Source of the DNA: Octopus sinensis
Lineage: Eukaryota
Assembly: GCF_006345805.1 (NCBI RefSeq)
Contig: NW_021835440.1
Span: 1-40,053, forward strand
Length of the DNA stretch: 40,053 nucleotides
Reading direction: 5' to 3'
In this document: positions 34,421 through 40,053 of the stretch, in pieces
Layout: every line of letters begins with the position of its first letter
Numbering within the stretch: position 1 is the stretch's first letter
Notes under the pieces: generated by a model
What the model was told of the DNA's origin: nothing
Databases searched by the model: none
What the model saw: only the letters and a program-made list of their open reading frames with translations
Made by a program: the position numbers and the translations under genes

Positions 34421-34456
34421 TCGAACAGAAGAAGTCCAATATGGCGGAAACGAACG
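34421..34456 (+). CDS. Candidate 36-nt exon (may contain a start codon, MAETN)
   Basis: tttttattagtcttgtcgcttcAG|TCGAACAGAAGAAGTCCAATATGGCGGAAACGAACG|GTAAAT; open in all three phases; aatATGG Kozak-like context. Confidence 0.35.
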
Positions 34457-34479
34457 GTAAATAACTTAGGCATCTACTA

Positions 34480-35278
34480 CGATAACAACATCAGCAACAC
34501 CACCAATACTAACACCAACAACACCAAACTCAACACGCCCACTATACCCCACTCCACCACCACCACAACAACAACCAACACCAACACCCTCACTACCATC
34601 ACCACTACGAAATCCACCACCTGCACCGCCACTACCACCACCAACAACACCACCACTAAAGCCAACATCCAAATCACTACCACCACCACAACCACCACCA
34701 GCAGCAGCACCACCACCACCACCACCAGCACCACCACCACTACCACCACTACCTCACTAACAACAACACGAACACTAATCTTAATATTCTTGGTGCCACA
34801 AACGGTCCTACAAAAGCCCCCTTTTTTCCTCTCATGTCTCTCATCCCTCCTCTTCCTCCTCCTCCTCCTCCTCCGCCGCCATCTTTTGCTACGAATAACC
34901 AAATCATGTTAAAAATAGTCATAACTATATCTTATAAAACCTAAATAAAATAGACTATACAATAAAAAAAAACAGAAAAAAACTATTACTATTGTCGTCA
35001 TCGTCGTCGTCGTCGTCAACATTGTTGTTTTTTTGTTCTTTTATTTGTATTATTAAGTTTTCATTACAAAACTAATGGCAACGACATTAAAAAAACGAAA
35101 GAAACAACAACAACAACAATAATAATAATAATAATAATAATATAATGATAATAATAAAAATAATAATATAATAATGATAATAATAAAAATAATAATAATA
35201 ATAATATGATAATAATGAAAATAATAATAATAATAATAATAATAATGATAATAATAATAATGATAATGAAAATAATGA

Positions 35279-35310
<32 letters not shown>

Positions 35311-35470
35311 ATAATAATGAAAATAATAATAATAATAATAATAATAATGATAATAATAATAATAATAATAATAATAATAGATACGATGATACAAGTTATG
35401 ATGAAGATGATGGCGACGATGATAAGACGTCGACGATGACGATGATGATGATGATGACGATTATGGCGAT
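34480..35470. repeat. (ACC/AAC)n, (AAT/GAT)n trinucleotide microsatellite block
   Basis: Seen directly. Confidence 0.9.
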
Positions 35471-35659
35471 GGCGATGGTGATGGTGATGATTTGTTTTAT
35501 TGCCAAAAAGAGGAGAAGGTGGAAGGCGGATGAGGAGGTTTTCACAAAAACGTAAAAAAAAAGGAAGTAAGACCATTTTTCGATGGTAGAATTTTGCATG
35601 GAGCGGATAACAAATCATCAAAATCGTATAATTGAAATAAAATGAAAACTCGTACAAAG

Positions 35660-35822
35660 AGACGCAGGCGTGGCTGTCTAGCAAGAAGTGTAGGTCTCAA
35701 GCAAATGGTACAGGTTTCAGTCCCACTGTGTGGAACCTTTAGCAAGTGACTTCTACTATACCCACGGTGTGAACAAAGACTTGTAGTGCATTTGATAGAT
35801 GGAAACTGGAAGAGGCCCATCA
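35660..35822 (+). mobile_element. SINE family A, diverged 5' half
   Basis: gacgcaggcgtggctgt..ggtttcagtcccactgtgtgg..gatggaaactggaagaggccc. Confidence 0.75.
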
Positions 35823-35959
35823 TATATACATATAGATAGAAGCATTTGTTTGCTTTATAGAACGTAAGGACCGACTGTCGGATGTAGTAAGCATTTGTGA
35901 ACAACATGGGGAACTCGTTGGTCGGAACCAGTTCAACCCACCCGGGTTAATGATATCGG

Positions 35960-36520
35960 AAGTACAAGTACAAATACATTTGGTGGATCAGAGAATATGA
36001 CACTGCTGCCCTAATCTGTACATCATGTGAGGACGTTGGTAGGCTTGGAATCGTGAATAACAGAATGTCCAGTTGCTTTTCGAAGACATCTACATTCATA
36101 ATGTGTAGGTTTCTTAATTTCTGGTTTAGTATTGAAGAGCCGTGGGCCTTTGGACTCTAAGGTTATTGCAGGAGCTAATCTTCACCTTCACTGAGGTGGA
36201 CAGTCCAGTTGATACGATGAAATGCCCTCAAATTCGGGTATGTGTTTAACACCTGAGATCTGGATTAAGTATTCCCATATATATATTATTGTATGCGTGT
36301 ATGTGTGTGTGTATGTGTATGTGTATGTGTGTGTGTGTGTGTCGCAAATTCCCTTCTAGGAGTTTAGTCGTAGGGTTTCTAGCCTCTCCCTGAAGTTCAT
36401 CTGCTGCACTGTTACAATTTTTTAAGAACAGCTGCACTGAATCGTTTCATGATCCTAATTTGACACTGTGTGGTGACCAGCGTTGAGAGCAGTAAAGGCG
36501 GTTGAGGGTGCGGTGTGCAG
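35960..36520 (-). mobile_element. CR1-group LINE ORF2 C-terminus and 3' end, split by a microsatellite (36270-36340)
   Basis: Minus strand CSQRWSPHSVKL..MNFRERLETLRLNS..CNNLRVQ/GPRLFNT..LRNLHIMNVDVFEKQLDILLFTIP..IRAAVSYSLIHQM. Confidence 0.85.
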
Positions 36521-36686
36521 ATACTTATACACTCACACGCATAAGCACACCCCAACAAAACACACACACGCGAGTAATATATATATATATATTAACAATA
36601 TAGGATGAAGTCCCTTTCTCTACAGAAAAGGATTCCATCAAAAAGCGTGGCAGTATATTAAAAAAACCTTTACGGTTGAAGTACAA

Positions 36687-37104
36687 ACATCTTATAATTA
36701 AGGGCTAAAGAAGGTTATTCTAAAGCCAATACACTGATTTATCCACTTTTAATCCACTTGTTATAGGAAAATTGAACTGAAAGCGGGCAACTAACCTTTA
36801 GAAAATTTAAATTTCGATATCTCTATATTGAATCAATTTCGGAATTAATCCCTATAAAGGATACATTCTTCTTCAGTAGAGCTTACGAGGGAATATAAAT
36901 AAAATACTCGCATGTGATCATGGAAAAAGCAGAAGCTAAAAACACAACTACATTTAAGTACATCATTTATATCTAAAAATAAAAATTTTCTAAAGGTTAG
37001 TTGCCCGATTTCAGTTCAATTTTCCTGTAACAAGTGGATTATAAGTGGATAAATCAGTGTATTGGTTTTAGAATAACCTTCTTTAGCCCTTAATTATAAG
37101 ATGT
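36687..37104. mobile_element. Fold-back MITE with ~122-bp terminal inverted repeats
   Basis: 36687-36808 is the reverse complement of 36983-37104, with about 5 differences by eye. Confidence 0.9.
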
Positions 37105-37249
37105 ATATATATATGATGGATTCTCCCGACAAAGAGGACATATAAGTGTTCAGCTTTTTGCCGAACGACTTGCAGAAATAATCCTATGAAGAGAGTGAAC
37201 TTAATGTCCGTGCTGCACATTAAATTATTCTCTCCATCAAATTGTTGTC

Positions 37250-37400
37250 TGAAGAGATGAACGGTCTAATACGCGCCAGGTGTTAAAGTAATTGCAGAGC
37301 AACCTGAGGTGAAGTGTTTTGCTCAACAACGCCCCAACCAACACGGGAGAGGAATTGAAATTATGATCGCAACACCTTAACCATTAAACCATGCTCCCTC
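37250..37400 (-). mobile_element. Degenerate SINE family C-like head
   Basis: gaagtgttttgctcaacaac..accttaaccattaaaccatgctccctc. Confidence 0.55.
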
Positions 37401-37508
37401 ATATATACACACATATATATATATGTATATATATAAATGAGAGAAAAACCACTATTATGTAATTCAAGCAATGATAGACGTAAATCGCACCATATAGAAA
37501 AAATATAA

Positions 37509-37898
37509 TCTTTATATATAAAAGTGAGGTTGTGTGCTGTCTGTCTCCTACGATTTAAATTCCTTACTCCCACATTTTGCGATGCAGTTTAACCAAAACC
37601 GGGGATCTTATAGTGGTGATTCATATCGAGCCCCTCTGGGTATTAGCGCGCGTCTACGATGAGTCTACGATTAAAAAAATTTACCATCAATTTTTCCCAT
37701 TCTTAATGCATTTTTAGCATATATAAGGGAAGTAACTCTCTAAAAATTTATTATTAAATCTCAGAATGTAAAAAGCTACAGTAACCCCCCCCCTTTGTGG
37801 TTAGCCATATTGAGATGGCTATTATACTTTACATCTCTAAAAATGCTTATATAGTTATTTCCCTTACAAACCCGAGCAACGCCGGGCGATACTGCTAG
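37509..37898 (+). mobile_element. Non-autonomous Helitron, intact ends
   Basis: A|TCtttatatataaaag start, 3' hairpin cccgagcaacgccggg, CTAG|T end; A-T target site. Confidence 0.85.
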
Positions 37899-38019
37899 TA
37901 TATCATAAAGCATTTATCTAGATCACAATAAAGTACATAATAATAATAAAATAATAATAATAATAATAATAACAATAATAATAATAATAAATAAGCAGTA
38001 CGTGTGCATTTGGCGATTT

Positions 38020-38160
38020 CATTTTCATCCTCCTCTGATGAAGAGCTATGCTCGAAGCCTTAAACTCTCTCCCTTCACTAAGCGTCAAACTAATACATTT
38101 CTTGTACGCGTCCTCACGTTCGTTTTTTTCTCGATTTTTTTTTGTTTATCTCGTTTTTGT
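38020..38160 (+). mobile_element. Penelope-like terminal fragment with degenerate hammerhead-like motif (38035-38066)
   Basis: CTGATGA-a-GAGCtatGCTC-GAAGC; downstream agcgtcaaa.taatac..cgtcctc.cgtt matches 32391-32420. Confidence 0.6.
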
Positions 38161-39109
38161 TCTACTTCTCTTAATCGTTTATTTGAATTGGCAATATGTG
38201 TGTGTCTGTTTGTCAGTCTGTCGATCGATCTATCTATCTATTTTTATGTAAATGTTTGTCTTTATGTGCAGTTATAATAAAATCAATTTTGCATTAATCT
38301 GAAAGGCTTCTCCCTACATTTGTAGAATGCAAATTCAATATTTTTAATCAGGAACATTAGGGACTGTGGTTTCGAAAGTTTGGTAAATTAAGCCATCGTC
38401 GGCTTAGCTGGCCGAAACATCGAAGTCAAAATTAATGATATTCCTATATTAAAATATATATATATATACATATACAAAAAGAGAGATGCACACACACGCA
38501 AAGAGAGAGAGAGAGAAAGAAAGAGAGGGAAAGAGAGTGTGTGTGGAGGGTTGTAATATGAGATTAAATAGATGAAAAATGAACACAAAATTATTCGCCA
38601 TTCATTTTATGCCATTTTACGTTTAGTACATCATGCAACGCTTTATTCTAAAGCATATGTACATTGAGTTTTGACACCAGGTTATTAGTATCGTCACACA
38701 TAAACGATATAATATATATATATGCATACATATATCTGTGTATATATATATATATATATAAACATCTATCTATCTATATATATGTGTATATATATACATA
38801 TATATATATGTATGTATGTATATATGTGTATGTATGTAGGTATGTATGTGTACGTATGTATGTATATATATATGTATGTATGTATGTATGTATATATATA
38901 TGTATGTATGTATGCATATATATATGTATGTATGTATGCATATATGTATATATGCATATATGTATGTATGTATATATGTATATATATGTATGTATATATG
39001 TATGATGTATATATGTATGTATGTATATAGTATGTATGTATATATATATATGTATGTATATACATATATGTATATATATATAATGTATATATATATGTAT
39101 GTATATATG

Positions 39110-39166
<57 letters not shown>

Positions 39167-39743
39167 ACCCATATCTATCTATCTATCTATCTATCTATCT
39201 ACCTACCATCTATCAATATATCAATCTGTCTATCCGTCTATCCGTCCGTCTGTCTGTCTGTCTCTGTGAATCTATCTATCTATCTATGTATCTATCTATC
39301 TATCTATCTATCTATCTGTGTCTGTCTGTCTGTTTATCTATCCATCTATCTTTATCGTGTATTTACTAGGCGTTGCTACGATCGCAAACGGAGAGCAAAA
39401 AGCGAAAAAAAAAAAAAATTAAAAAGAATTAAAAAGAATTAAAAGAGTGAAAGTGACCAGACAGATTGCAAGAAAAAAAAAGGAATAAAAAAAAACAAAC
39501 GAAACAAAACAAAACAAAACAAAACAAAACAAATTAGGCGTAACATATAGAACAAGGCTTGAAGAGGAAGACAAGTCTATCAGGAGAAGCGTTAGAAGAT
39601 GTTTGCGAATAGGCTGTGCTGTTCATTACAAGTAGCATTAATAAAAAAAATGAAGTGATATGTATATTAATAGATACACAATGCAAACACTTGTCAAGAT
39701 ATGTAAACATATGATTATTATTTTTTTACATCCTCTCTACAGC

Positions 39744-39775
<32 letters not shown>

Positions 39776-39846
39776 CATATATAATCCCTTCAAAGAGGAA
39801 CTTTTCTCCTCCCAAAAACTCATACATATATATATATATATATATA

Positions 39847-40053
39847 TGAGTTATATGTATACATACACATATATATGTAGATGAATGTATGTATATGTAT
39901 ATATATTTATAGATGAGTATATATATGAGTTATATGTATACATACACATATATATGTAGATGAATGTATGTATATGTATATATATTTATAGATGAGTATA
40001 TATATGAGTTATATGTATACATACACATATATATGTAGATGAATTATGTATAT
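39847..40053. repeat. 79-bp tandem repeat, ~2.6 copies, runs off the window end
   Basis: tgagttatatgtatacatacac starts at 39847, 39926 and 40005. Confidence 0.9.

Noticed and set aside
34409-34912. Thr-rich mucin-like 167-aa ORF
   Set aside because: Derived from (ACC/AAC)n microsatellites; only the 36-nt island is kept as a candidate.
36130-36237. Plus-strand AG..GT segment reading LKSRGPLDSKVIAGANLHLH (Ig-like start) or ELIFTFTEVDSPVDTMKCPQIR
   Set aside because: It is the antisense of a clear CR1-type ORF2 C-terminus, and the Ig-like frame has two stops.

Overview
Eukaryotic, very AT-rich, repeat-saturated genomic DNA. The four tRNA-headed SINE families and the extreme (TA)n/(CA)n/(TCTA)n load look like an octopod cephalopod (Octopus-like); this is inference from recognition, not a database match. 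No complete or nameable host gene is supported, and almost all listed ORFs are microsatellite artefacts. Confidently supported: about 25 SINE copies; decayed Tc1/mariner-superfamily transposases (maT/DD37D-like at 1.45-2.08 kb; rosa/Tc3-like split over 18.6-21.2 kb); mariner and pogo MITE pieces; three non-LTR retrotransposon fragments (R4/NeSL-type RLE, HERO-type RT, CR1-type 3' end); two non-autonomous Helitrons and an internally deleted RepHel Helitron; and a 418-bp fold-back MITE. Most interesting: several Penelope-like termini with minimal hammerhead-ribozyme folds showing compensatory changes, a strongly GC3-biased coding-like segment at 22.9-23.3 kb (minus), short exon candidates, a 275-bp near-identical templated insertion in a tandem array of SINE heads, and several large inverted-repeat structures. 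Element boundaries are read by eye and approximate unless a TSD or TIR is cited.
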